Source of the DNA: Atractiella rhizophila
Taxonomy: Eukaryota
NCBI GenBank assembly: GCA_021432655.1
Contig: MU271191.1
Span: 62,001-126,000 of the forward strand
Direction: 5' to 3'
DNA: 64,000 nt
The position numbers and the translations under genes are program-made. Shown in pieces: positions 26,780-39,499 of the stretch; position 1 is the stretch's first letter, and each line of letters begins with the position of its first letter. The notes beneath the pieces were generated by a model that worked only from the letters and a program-made list of their open reading frames with translations, had not been told where the DNA came from and made no database searches.

Positions 26780-28010
26780 GCAACAGGTGGGATGGTTTCC
26801 ATACAGCAGCGTTTACTCCTCTCACTTCCACAAGACACCGAGGATATGACTCTGGATGTCAAAGCTGCCTTCAAGACTTTTCAACTAGCCCGGATTGAAG
26901 GTGCTATTTCATTTTCCAGGACTTCAAAGGTCAGTTCTGGGTAGATACGGTGGCCTCCTTTGGTTGTGCTTCTCGTCCCGGCAATTACGGGCTCTTGAAC
27001 GACTGCTGGATCGACTTTGTCTCCTCGCTCTTCTGGATTGCCATTCACTGGGTCGACAACAACCTGTTCTTCAGATCTCGACTCTCCTGGATTGCCATTC
27101 ACTGGGTCGACAACAACCTGTTCTTCAGATCTCGCTCTGCCTCTCAGTGGTACAACCTGAGGGATATCCTGAATATCCTAGAAGAGCTAGGTGTTCACAT
27201 TAACAGAAAGAAGGCCTTTGATTTCTCTCACATGTTCAAGTGCATTGGTTTCACTTGGAGCTTCATCAACCGCTCCGTGTCCCTTCCCCGCCTGAAACTC
27301 CTCAAAGCTGTCACCCTCCTAGAACTCTGGCTCGCCCCCACCTTTGGTTCCTTTCCTCGCTCCGAACTCCTGTATCTCCTAGGGTTTCTTCAACATGTCG
27401 TCCTTATCTTCCCATATCTTCGCCCATACATGCGGCCACTATATGTGGAGAGCGCTCGATTCTATGAGATCAAACACAGACTCGGCCCCAAGGTAGCTTC
27501 CTCTGTCCAACACCACTCCTTGGAACCCCTCCACAAGGATTTAGAGAAGTGGCTATCCCACTTATCTACAGCAACCCTGTCTTACCTACCATGTGACACT
27601 GAGAACCCAATAGACTTCCAGTGGTACGGAGATGCAAGTATGGCCTGGGGAATCAGCGCAGCGATCCAAGGGCACTGGTCCGTCTGGAGGTGGAAGACTA
27701 GCTTGTCACACTCGGACAAGGAGATAGGCTTTGGCGAGATGCTGGCTTGCGAGTTGGGGACTATCTTCTCCAACACCTATTCTCCATGTCGCCCTCTAAA
27801 TTCAACGTCCCCTCACCGCACCCCCGTTCCATCATCATTTACACCGATAACACAGGCGTCCAGTTCATCCTTGACAAAGGTTGGACTTCCAATGTCAGCT
27901 CCAATTCCTCCCCGAAGTGCATTTACGCCATCTGCCAACAGATTACTATCGAACTCTCTTCGCGTTGGCTAGCCTCCGCTTATAATCCTACTGACTCGCG
28001 TCGCGTGGCA
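26780..28010 (+). pseudogene. RT and RNase H of a DIRS/Ngaro-type retroelement
   Basis: TLDVKAAF, ASFGCAS.PG, HWVDN (YxDD box), CIGFTW, LLGFLQHV; RNase H YGDAS..WG, EMLACELG, YTDNTGV, NPTD. Frameshifted. Confidence 0.9.
27033..27134 (+). repeat. In-frame 54-bp-period tandem duplication within RT
   Basis: CTGGATTGCCATTCACTGGGTCGACAACAACCTGTTCTTCAGATCTCG occurs exactly at 27033-27080 and 27087-27134. Confidence 0.95.
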
Positions 28011-28289
28011 GCTTCTCACCCTTTGACCTTCAATCCAATCCCCCGTCCAGCAATATCACATTTAGTATCTTATTTCTGCAGCTATCCACACCTCTTATGT
28101 AGCGTTTCTTCTTCAGAACCCAGTTTCGAACCGTTCAATTAGTATTTCGCCATAGATACTTCCTTCATCTCCACTTATAGTTAAAAAGCTCTCCTCCATA
28201 CCCTCCTTCTTCTCCCAATGAGCAGCTCTAATTTCATCGTCCCGGCAAATCTGCAGAGACCACATTCCTGTTAGGTGCAGTTAAGCCCG

Positions 28290-29573
28290 CCTCACCATTG
28301 ACAACAAGGTCATATGGCGCATTCAGAGGGTGGTAACCGCCGCCGGATATGCCCCTGGCACCCTGGACTCTTACTCCTCCGCCCTCCCGAAGTATTTGGA
28401 GTTCTGCGACAAATGCGCGATCCCACACTCCTACCGGTTCCATGCCTCCCCCAAATCATCTCCAGTTTCTTACTCTGGTGCTCTGGACCCATGGATGGTG
28501 TTCCTAAAGCCCGAGCTCCTTCTCAGACCATCAGCGTCGACACTGCCTCTCGCTATGTCTCTGGCATCAAAGCATGGCACATCCTCCATGGACACCCCTG
28601 GATCTGGGGTCACAGGCAAGACGAGCTGAAAATCTGGTGCAAAGGAATTGCTAGACTCCAGGGAAGTCTGTTCCAAAAAGCACCACGCCCTCCAATCACA
28701 CTAGGCATGATCGCTTGCCTTGGCAATAACCTCAACCACAACTCCCATTTCAATGCGGCAGTCTTGGCATGTGCCATCGTCTCCTTCTTCACCCTATTCC
28801 GCCTTGGAGAGTCGACAGTACGTTCCCACAAATCGTACGATCCCGAATTTGCCATTACAAGAGGCGACATTGAGCATTGCGTGACGGACGAAAGTGTACC
28901 TTATTACAGTATCCACTTGCGACATGACAGGACCCTCCCCCCTGGATGCACTCGCCTCCTCTGCTTCACTCAAGCGCAGTTCCACCATTGGTGGACATTA
29001 GAGTTGCTTACGAATCACCTTAACACCAACTTCACAGAAGATAAGACTGTCCACCTTTTCATGTATGTCGACAGGCAGACAGGCTCGATGCATGCCCTCA
29101 CAAAGGAAGCCTTCCTCAACTGGGTCAATAAGATTTGGATGGACAATGGGTATGCATCTATTTCCGGTCACAGCTTCGAATCGGTGGCACATCCCTACTG
29201 CTGAAACTGGGGTTTGAGTAGAATACATCCGACTAGTCGGCAGGTGGAAGTCCATATCCTACGAGTTGTACCTTCGGTTCCTTCCTGACTACATCCCTAA
29301 CCAGTTCGCCAAAGTCACCCTCCTAGCCCAGAAAGAAGTTTTCTCCCCGTGGACCATCACCTCCCCTCAAACCTCGCCAACTTTGCTCGGTCCTTCAAGC
29401 ATGACGTGGAGCCCTTAGATATTGAGACCATCTTCAACAAAGATATCACCTCTGCCCAGGGCCACAAGAAGTTACGGGAACGAAAGGCAAAGTACGGAGA
29501 CCTCCTCCAACCCACCAACTCGCACAAGCAGGCTTCTCGCAGCTTCCTTCTGGGTGCAGGTCAGAAGCGCTAA
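28290..29573 (+). pseudogene. Tyrosine recombinase of a DIRS/Ngaro-type retroelement
   Basis: SYSSAL..YLEFCD, YVSGIKAWH, RPPIT, FRLGE (catalytic R), SGHSF(R)IGG (frameshift), GRWKS.SY..Y. Lies downstream of RT/RH as in YR retrotransposons. Confidence 0.92.
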
Positions 29574-31902
29574 CTGCTCTTTGCCCTGAAGCGCCGAGCA
29601 GCATCTGGTGTGAGCCTTCTGCCCTGTCCCTTTCTGCGCGGTCTTGCCTGTTGGCTTACGCAGGCTCTCGCACCCTGCCTGGATCAGCTCATCTTTGTTA
29701 TACTGCAATCCAGGCCCGCAAGCATGCACGATCATTCCGCGCACCCACAGGCATACACCCACCACTCCGTTCTTGTATACCAACTCATTGTGACCCTACT
29801 AAAGGAACTGCTTGCAAAGATTGAGTGTGACAGAACCTAAACATGAGCAGTGATATGAACGTGAACATAACCGTAACCACCAACACTGAGATTGGATGAA
29901 CGAACAAAAGAGCAGATTGGAACTCAGCTTCCTCTCATATCCACACTCATCCTCCTCCCTCTCTGGTAACTCCCCAACCCATTCATCCCGGTCATCACGG
30001 TGACACTAGGGAGCCTTGCCCTCCCCATCCCCATCCCAGTCGAGAGCCTTTGTATCCCATGCCCACGCCTCCTATTCCCTCATCAGCATCCATCATATTG
30101 TCCCCTTCGTACCTATACTCAGAGTGGTTGTATTCGCCACTCGTTCTCGAGGTGGTGGGAGGATTGGAAGAGCGTCCCCAGAAAAGAGCGGGAGGAGGAG
30201 TTGAGGGAAGTGGACCCGAGATGTTGGGATTGGGGAGGTGGGGGAGTGGCGGCCCTCATGCCAAAACATTCCTCCGGCTTGCTGCTGAGGCTGCTGCTCC
30301 TTTTGACGTCCAGGGCTTGGTGCTCTTTTACCGAAGAGACCCCCTGATGATTGAGGCGGAGCCGTGGGGCTTGAGGAGGAGGAGTCGAGGCTCTTGTTCC
30401 ACCGAAGAGCCCGCGAGAGGATTGACTTTGGGGTTGAGTGGGAGGACGTGTCTGCATGGGAGGAAGTGGAGTGTTTGCGGTGTTTCGTTGAAGAAGAGGG
30501 CAGACCGGTTCTCCCGAATAAGTTCGGACGAGGTTGCTGTTGGGCTTGGGGTTGGGAGTAAGAAGGGAAGGGAGCAGGTTGAGAGCTTGCGTTCGACGAT
30601 CAGCGAACATCGCGGTTGAAGGACACGGTGGGGGGCCTGGCTGTACGTCGAGACGTGGGTTCGGGGGACTGGGACTTGTGCTACCACTGGTGGAACTCTC
30701 ACCATAGAATCCGCCTCTCCAGCTTTTGGTTCCTCGATGGGACGTACATTTTAAATGGCACGCTGACGGATTTAAGCATTGGATCTGATGAAATTACAAG
30801 TTCATCGGTATTACGATAAAGAATCTAGTGCTTTTATATCTTAACAGTAGGTGGCAAACATTGGTAAGCATGGAAGTCCAGAAGGTTCAAGAAAAACAGC
30901 CACAGAACAGGTAGCAATGAATGACGCTCAATGCGCCAAAATCCCGAGAGGATCGTTACTAACTCGTGGAAGGGTACGATACTCCTATTGTAATACGCGA
31001 CGAGGTGCCAGCGCTCGACAGTCGCGCTCGGTACCTGTCTGTTGATACAGATTGAGGCTGTGGTGAGAGGAAGCGCGCCCTTTGGATAGTCCCCGTTCAG
31101 TATAAGTGACAAAGACGCCGGACATTCTGGATTGCCCGCACTGATATTATTGATCAATCAAGACATAACGATAACCAGTTAGTTCTTTATATATTCCTTT
31201 GTCAGAATGTTCGAGGAGGATAATGCACCTTCAAGTGATCAGTCCATCGCATCATCCCGCTTTTGCCTTCCTCAAAAACGAAGACGGTGCCGTGCTGGAT
31301 TAGCTCTTCCCTCTCCTGCTCGCCTAATTTTCTAGGCATATCAACGAGCTTCCCAACAACACACGTTGTGGACGATCTTCTCCACGTTTGGTGATGTCAG
31401 CTCCGTAACCATACTAAGTAGGTTGCAAAGACATAACACCTCTGGACGAGCCTGTTGGTTCCTTGTGCGAAGTTGTGGAGCGTGTTACTCTGCTTGCAGG
31501 TCTTGTTGGCGTTATTCTGGGGGAAATGTCGCTGCGAGGCGGAAAGGAAACTTCTGTGTGTTTGTGTTCCAGTCTATTTCTGTTGTTTATGTCCCAGATC
31601 GCGAAAGAAATAAAGTCTACACACTGATTCAATTCAGATCATCAACCTTATCTCCTTCGGAAGGAAATTTTGTGAACTTTCCCAAACTTTCTTCAGTCCC
31701 TGAGCAGCTGGAAGAAGATATGGCAAAAAGTCCAATGGAATAAAATTCATTTTTCAATTTGAAGAGTCTTCGGGAACGTTGAGAAAATTTCCTTCCTAAA
31801 GAGATAAGGTTGACCACACCGATATCCTCTTCCTGCGAGTGAAATGAGGGAACTGTGGAGTCTCTTAATGCCATGATGCCTACATTGGTATATAATTCGA
31901 AA

Positions 31903-32946
31903 CTAATCAGTGAAGCCTAATGGGGACAAACGGTTTGAAACTTGTTCCTGAGCCGTTCGTTTTCTCTGTAGTGAGAGAACATGGTTCGAGTGCTTCACGG
32001 TCACAGGCGTTCCACTCCCCTGTTCGTCGACCACCTCCAACCCAGGTAAGAGTTTAAAAATGTCCTGAAGGAGGCAGCCGTTCTCGGTATTCATCTCCAT
32101 CTTGCTCAGCAAGACCTGTTTGAGGTAGTCGCTGATCTCGAGTAGGCGGGAACGGGAGGCGTGGAGGGAGGAGGGGCGGAGGTGGACGAGGGAGGCATCG
32201 GAGTGCGAGGAGAGAGAGGTGACGTCGCGGAGGAGGTATTCAACCCCCCTTTCTCTGCTTCTTCAGCTTTGATCGAGGATGGCAGGTGGTGGAAGGTGTA
32301 GGATAAGGCGGATCCGTCCTTTTTTTTCGTTACAGTCAGGTTTTCATTCTCACAAATGATGCAAGGGAAAGGACAGTGAGATTAGAAAACTAACATCTTT
32401 TATTTCTTCCACTGCTTCATATCCATCCGCTGGCTGCTCTCCCTTTGTACCTCTCATGTCACATATGAGCATCATCAGCTTTGTACAGAACCGTTTGATG
32501 ACCTCATTAATCTCGCGGTCTGAGGAATGGAGCTTGGGTCCGATGTGGTACCACCGCGGAAGAAGAGACGAACCGTTGACCTTTTTGAACATGTCTGCGA
32601 TGCTCGCAAATGTAGTTGTGATCGAAGAACCAGGTGTGTTCGCCCTTGTCATCCTCTTCGGAAGGAACTATCCCAATCTTCCTTCAGTCTCTTTCACGTA
32701 TCCAACAACACATCCCAACAGCAGTATATGGGCATTGTAACGAAATAAAAAGCAAGAGAAGAGAGACAGACCAGCAAAGCTATTAGCCACATTGACGAAT
32801 CCACCTTGATCCTGTCCCAACAACCCGCCTACAACTCGCTTGTTGGACGAAGCAGCCTGCGACTTGAGCGTACGGGAGTGGTGGTCGGTTATGGAGAGAA
32901 CAAGGGGATGGCATATTATCTCTTTCCCAACTGGCGGCTTCGTCAA
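31903..32946 (-). pseudogene. RPN8: Decayed intron-containing copy of 26S proteasome lid subunit Rpn8 (MPN domain)
   Basis: HPLVLSITDHHSR, KRVVGGLLG, VNVANSFA, VPSEEDD...WFFDHNYI, DMFKKVN, WYHIGPKLHSSDREINE..KRF, AVEEIKD-DG, TFHHLPSSIKAEEAE, LLRDV, LQDIFKLLP. Contains introns, frameshifts and degenerate residues. Confidence 0.88.
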
Positions 32947-32948
32947 TA

Positions 32949-34815
32949 CCAGTGTATCAGTGCCCTCGTGGGCATCCCCCCCGCCAGGGGCTTCATCCCT
33001 TGGACCCAGCCTCCGGCCGCCACTGCCTGGAGCTCTTGCCGCTGGCAGTCACTGCGTGGGGCCTCGCCTTTGGGGAGCACATATGGACATGGGTTTTGGT
33101 ATGAATCTATACGATTTCATTATAGGTCTACATGCATGCAATTGTGAAAATTCAAAACTTCTCTGTACACTGTATTTTCCATCCTCTCATTCTCTATCCT
33201 TTGCACTTGGTGTAAATAAACTCGAAGATTCTTAGCATTCAAAACTCTAGAAAGTCCCACATAAAGTTGTCCATGCGCAAAATCTGGTGTGTCCAAATAC
33301 AATCCAACAGTCTCCACCGACTGGCCTTGTGACTTGTTGATGGTGAGACAGAAAGCCAATTTGACAGGGAATTGAAACTGGTATAAGGTAAATGGGAATG
33401 AATTGGAGACCTTGCTATCCAATGCAATGCATGGGGTGAGGACTGAGGTGCCTGTGGATCCACCTGTCATTGATGGTAGCCTCAATGACATGGGAGAGCA
33501 GCTGGGTGATAGCTGGGTGATGGTCAACCGTGTACCATTACAAAGCCCAGCTGAAGGATTGAGGTTTCGTATTAGGATGATAGGGGCTCCAACTTTGAGA
33601 TGAAGACGATGAAGGGGGAGACCCATCATATGGAGAGTATTCAGGTATTCAACTGTGAAGCCTTGTTGAATGCTCTCACTGTCGTCCATCAATCGCTCAG
33701 CACAAAGGTAGATACGTTCCTGTTGGGAGACAAATTGTCAAATAAGCTGATCGTTTATCATGTCAACATCAACATTCCAGGCCGTGAGGACCATGTGCTC
33801 TTGAAAGTATTGCCTCAACTCAACTGGGTTGACATCTTGCGTTATGGTGCGCAGTCCAGGGTATATGTCAGTCGGGAGATTGTCCAGACCATGGGTCGCC
33901 GGACTATTGTTTGGTCCTTCATAGTCAATGGACCACAGCCACAGTCTTCTGGGTTATCTGTTGCGCAATTACCAACTGACAACAACCATTCAGCAAAGCC
34001 AGGGGCAATAGCAAAGTCTCAGCTACTCATTTCGGCCTGACGACGGAGCAGGCGCATACTTACTGTGAGTGGGAGGACTCGAACTGCTGGCCAAAAGGGA
34101 CTGTTGATGACACATGCATCAACGATCTGCACACGTGAAGCTTTGGGGATGACTGAGAGGCATCGTCACATGTCGCCTAATTATTTATCAGACATGAACT
34201 CTTTGACTTGATATGCTTACCACCAAGAACCAAAATAACTCCACCGAAAGGCACATCCACCTTACGTATATCTCTCAGCATCCGGTCAACTGCTCCAAAG
34301 CACCATCGATGACTCATTCCCACTTCGTCACAAATATTAATTCTGGCTCTCGACAAAGTCAATCATGATCACTTTGAGCCATAACACCGCAGACAGAATC
34401 AGCTTCAATGTTCAATGGGATCTGGAAGCGAGTATGGGCTATTCGTCCACCTTCCAGCAGAATAGCGGCAATACCGGAAGAGGCTACTGCCAGCACAATT
34501 TTCCCCGCTAAACGTACCCTGGCAAGTAATAGGTTTTCAACAAAAGTCTTTCCAGTTCCTCCTGGGCCATCGATAAAAATAATCCACCATTTCCACTTTG
34601 CCATGCTTCTACAACCTTGTCATAAGAGTGACTTTGGTCCAGATTTAATAACAGTAACTCTGTCTGAATACCTGCGTGAAGTAGTGGTCGATCATATGCA
34701 AGTTCTTCTCCAATAATCCTTGTCTTGCCTCCCCATCTTTGTAGTCACTCTGCGGGTTGTAGTAGTCCAAAGTTACTTAGGGATTTACCATGAGCCTAGA
34801 GGAGATCTTCAGCTT
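32949..34815 (-). mobile_element. Helitron H1, 3' portion (Pif1 helicase to terminus)
   Basis: FIDGPGGTGKTF, VASSGIAA.LL.GGR.AH, DEVGM, RNLNP..GLCNGTRL, QFPVKLAF.LTINKSQGQ, HGQLYVGLSRV. Terminal hairpin then CTGG|T at 32949. Collinear with H3. Confidence 0.93.
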
Positions 34816-35367
34816 CATCTTTGACAACGCCGAGGGTAGGAAGATGGACAACCTAAAACAGGTGCCACCTCCATCGAATCGGGATGTCCTTCCTTCCATC
34901 ACTGACACAACTGTTGTACGATCTTTGCACCCTTTAACACATCTTTTAGCAGCTCTCCAATGGCTCCCCGCGAACCCACATTCTCCCATCTCCTCAAGCC
35001 GAACAGGGTCTCCTCCCCAAGGCTGTTGTGGCCAAGTGTATCCCCTTGAGCTTTGTTTCACAGGTCCTGAGAGGTGTACTCTTCATCGTCAGTATTGATT
35101 GGAAGCTTGACATCACATTCCGCACGTGTGATGGCTGCTAGAAGGCATTTCGTAGTGGTTTGGACAAGCATATCACTGTCGTTTGTATGGGAATTGGCAT
35201 GTAAGAGAGTCAGTACTCCGTCTATGACGAACATGCCGAGTACATTGAGGTTAGTGAGACAGTGGTCGTTGATAACCATAGCTTTGAGCTCATCTATCAT
35301 CCTGTCAGAAGGCGACATGGCCAAAAGAAAGAGTCTTAGAATCGGATGCCAGTGGAGCGAGAGAGCC

Positions 35368-38012
35368 AGTGGACGAGATTAAAGAGTATTTAGATGCACG
35401 GTATGTTGGTGCTTCGGAAGGTTCGTTTCATCCATTCTCCAAAAGTTGACAGTTAAGTAGTGCTATTATTCATAGCGCGCTGGTGGATTTTCCACTTCAA
35501 GCTTCATGATCACTCTCCAACTGTGATTCGACTGAGCATTCATCTTCCAAATCAACAGATGGTCATTTTTAATGTAGAAGATGATCAACCTGAAGATATA
35601 CTTTCAAGGAGAAACATTGGGAAAACAATGCTTAACGAATTTTTTCAATTTTGCCGTGACTCTCCCCAGGTCTCCCGATTGTGGACCTATCCTCGAGCCC
35701 CTTGACATTTGGTCTGGCAGAGTAATTCAAAGTGCCGGAAGATACGTGAGAAAGGCGATGCTATTGGTCAGATATATTATATTGGTCACAAGGGGAGCTC
35801 TTTTATCTTCGACTACTTCTTCATAAGATCCCAAGTCTTAAATCTTTTGAAGATGTTCGTACAATTGATGGTCAAGCTCACGAAACATTCAAAGCAGCCT
35901 GTGTGGCGTCAGGTCTACTGGAAAGTGAGGAAGAATGGGATCTGTGTCTGGAAGATGCCAACGCAATCAACCGAGGATCAGCAATCCGTTCTCTTTTTGT
36001 CTATATTGTGGGCTTTGGAGTTGCCAGCGAACCATTGCAACTGTTTCGGAGACACTATGACAAGCTCAATGACGATTGTGCACATCTTCTGCAAACAGTT
36101 TATGGAATCGCTGCACCTTCTGAAGACCAGTTCCGAGACTTATGCCTTATCGAGCTGGAGGATCTGCTACATGGTCTAGGCAAGACGCTAGAGGAGTATA
36201 GGCTGCCATTACCTGCTCACAGGTTTGGACGATGGGGAGTAGAGACAAGAAAAATTGGAGAAGAGCTGGCATACAACGTTATAGAGTTGGAGCAACATCT
36301 TGATAAGGATCTTCCTCTTATGAATGAGGATCAACGACATGCATACGATACAATCATCGAAGCCTGGCAGAGTGACACCGAAGGACTCTTCTTTCTTGAT
36401 GGGCCTGGAGGACCTGGAAAGACTTTTGGTCAGAATCTTATACTGGCAAGAGTAAGATCGTCCAAGAAGATTGCACTGGCAGTAGCCTCTTCTGGAATTG
36501 CTGCTATTCTGCTTGAAGGTGGTCGTACTGCTCATATACGATTCAAGATTCCCCTCAATGCAGATGCTCAATCAGTTTGTGGTATTTCGGCTCAAAGTGA
36601 TCATGGAAGGCTATATGTCAAGGCAGAAATTATCCTGTGGGATGAAGCGATTATGACTGATCGCCTCTCCGTCAGCTGCGTGGATCGGTTGGGACAGGAC
36701 CTTAAAAAGGATTCAAGACCATTTGGAGGAACACTTATGGTTTTCTGTGGTATGATACTTCCCTTTAAGTAGTTCTTTATTGACATACTGTTCACAGGAG
36801 ATGGCAGACAGTGTCTTCCGGTAGTGCCAAATGGAAGCCGAGCTCAGATTGTGGATGCCTGCATCATTAATTCTTACTTCTGGCTGAATGTTCAAGTCCT
36901 GCCTTTGAAAACCAATATGCGCCTTCTTCGAGGCCAACAGGAAATGGCACCAGCCGAATTTCAGGGTGCAACCAGATTTGCCCAGTGGCTCCTTGATGTT
37001 GGAAATGGTCTCATTGATGATCCATCAGGCAATGGATGTGGAGCCGTAATGATACCAGATGGATCTATTATTCCATCCCACAAAGGACTAGATGGTCTGT
37101 TGTGCTCAATTTACCGACAAATAGATTCGCTGTGAAATATCCCTCCTCTGAGCTTCCTTTAAGAATACTTCTGGGTTCGCATGATTCTAGCAGCAAAAAA
37201 TGTGGATGTGGATGGCATCAATGATCACTTGATTCAGTGGCTCGAACCCACAGGAGATCGGGTATATTACAGTGCAGATCAAATTATAGATGACGAGGGA
37301 GATCTCAGAAATCGCTTCTCGGTCGAGTACCTGAATACCCTGGAGATCTCTGGATTCCCTTCGCATCGTTTACACCTCAAGACCGGTGCACCCATCATTC
37401 TTCTGCAAGATCTCAATCCATCTACTGGTCTGTGCAATGGCACATGCCTCATAGTCACTCAGCGTCTCCAGCGAGTCATCAAAGCAACCATCATTACAGG
37501 TGCACACAGTGGCAAATCAGTTCTCATTCCTCGAATCGGCATTGACAGTGTAGTATCAAACCAGCTTCCTTTCCAATTCCGGTGCTTTCAATTCCCTGTG
37601 TGCTTAGCATTTGCCTTAACTCTGAATAAAGCACAAGGACAATCTGTAGGACATGTGGGTTTGTACTTAGAGTCTTCTCCTTTCTCTCATGGGCAGCTTT
37701 ATGTTGGTCGCGAACAATTTACGAGTATTGGTTAAAACAAAGCAAGGAGAGGAAAACAGCAAACAGATAATGTAGTTTACAAAGAAGTGTTACGAGTACT
37801 CAATCATTGATCATCTCTCAGCATGTTCCTAACAGTATAGTCAAAAGCTGACACTCAGCTTTTCATTGTTTTTTGAAGACAGTAGAGTACATATGGTGAG
37901 TCTGTGCTTGCCGAAGGCGAGGCCCCACACAGTGCCTGCTGGAGGCTGGGGTCCAAGGGGCGAAGCCACTGGCGGGTTGGATATCCGAGGGACGAGGGCC
38001 CTGACACACTTG
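35368..38012 (+). mobile_element. Helitron H2, 5'-truncated (end of Rep, Pif1 helicase, terminus)
   Basis: DEIKEYLDARYVGASE, RLSIHLP, FLDGPGGPGKT, WDEAIM, PFGG....GD.RQCLPV, GLCNGT, KAQGQS, HGQLYV. Intron positions shared with H3. Ends GAGGGACGAGGGCCCTGACACACTTG|T at 38012. Confidence 0.95.
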
Positions 38013-39499
38013 TACTCTAAAAAGACGCTTGAAGCCGTCCGCCAGGAGTCATTACCCGGCACGCTCCATCGTCTATATCGTCCTCTCGACTTCCTATGAA
38101 GGATGCGGCAATTGGGGATAGATATAGAACCTTCGCCGTTTCAAGGTACGAATCAAACCCAGTTGTTTCAACAGAGATGCGCATGTACGAGGGAAGAATG
38201 CAGTTCATTCTGCTGCGCGATGTACGGTGTTGGAAGCAGCAAGAGTAACTTCCTCTGCACGTCTTTCGTCCTATCATCATCGACAACACACATGAGTCAG
38301 TAAGGAAAACAATTTTTCGTCTTTCAAATTGGCTTTGCTGTATACAGTTCGAAGGGTGCCAGCATGCATATTCTTGTGGTATGCTCAGAATTTTGAAAGG
38401 GGTGTGCAGGCGGTGATAAGGGCTCAAAAGTACACGAATGAGTCATGGTCAAACCCATCATGCTTTTTAGATCAGGATTGCCCCACGTGATGAAATGGCC
38501 GAGCTGCTCTGGTCGAGGTATATTAATGAGGAGAGTTTTTTCATTTATTCCATCCCAATCGTCATATGAATAGTATCGTTACAGGCCAAGGGCCACGCCA
38601 AGAAGGAAAGATGGGACGAATTGCAGAGCACATCCGAGTCCATGATCGACGTCAGACCTGATGGGATCGGGAATCTTGAGGGCCGATATTATAGGCTGTT
38701 GGCTACACTATCCAGAGGCTCTACCAAGTCTTTTTTTATTCTTTCCGATCCAAAATGACATATTTGAACATTCTGATGACAGGGAAGCAGTGAACATGAT
38801 GGTCAGGTTAGAGGAACTACGAGAAGACGCCGTTGAGGTATTGGGCTTCATCGCATCCGGCACAAACGCGGCGTTCTCAAAGGATGTCCGCTATCGCCTT
38901 TTTTTGTTCATTCTGCTCTCACTTGAGGTGAAGGATGAGAAACTATGGGGTCGCTGGTTTGTATTCCTTAGTTGATATTGCAAGTACTAATATATCCAAT
39001 TTTAAACAGGGATGACGCTACAATGTTTTGTTCAGGAGAGTTTGTTCGTTTCAAATATTGTTCCGACGTTGTTAAAGGTTTCTATTGACTATGTTAGTTT
39101 CCATGGCCCTCTTCTGGTATCTGACGGAGCGTTCAGTCAGAGTCCAGAAAGGTTGACGGTGACCTCCTTCGGGTTGAGCAGAATGAGAAAATAAACTTCT
39201 GCACGACTTTCCCCTTTGCAGTCGAATGGATAGCTCAGGTCATCAGTGAAAGGGAGGTCCTCAAGAAAATAGACCGAGGTACTGCACGTGCTTCGATTCG
39301 TATCGTGAGACTAAATCGTGTCCTGGATGCCCAAACGGAGAAAGAAACGGAAAACAAACTCTTTTTCCTTCGCTGTCTGTTTCTATTTTGCTTTGCTGAG
39401 TCCAGTGTAAGTATCTGGGCGATTTCATAGATCCATCTGGAGGAGTCGGTCTCCCACCTTCCCCGATACGGAACCCGAAATCCCGCAAGACGAAGGATC

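Noticed and set aside
30000..30705. Overlapping long Pro/Ser-rich ORFs on both strands
   Set aside because: Low-complexity GC/purine-skewed DNA gives open frames; no recognisable domain.
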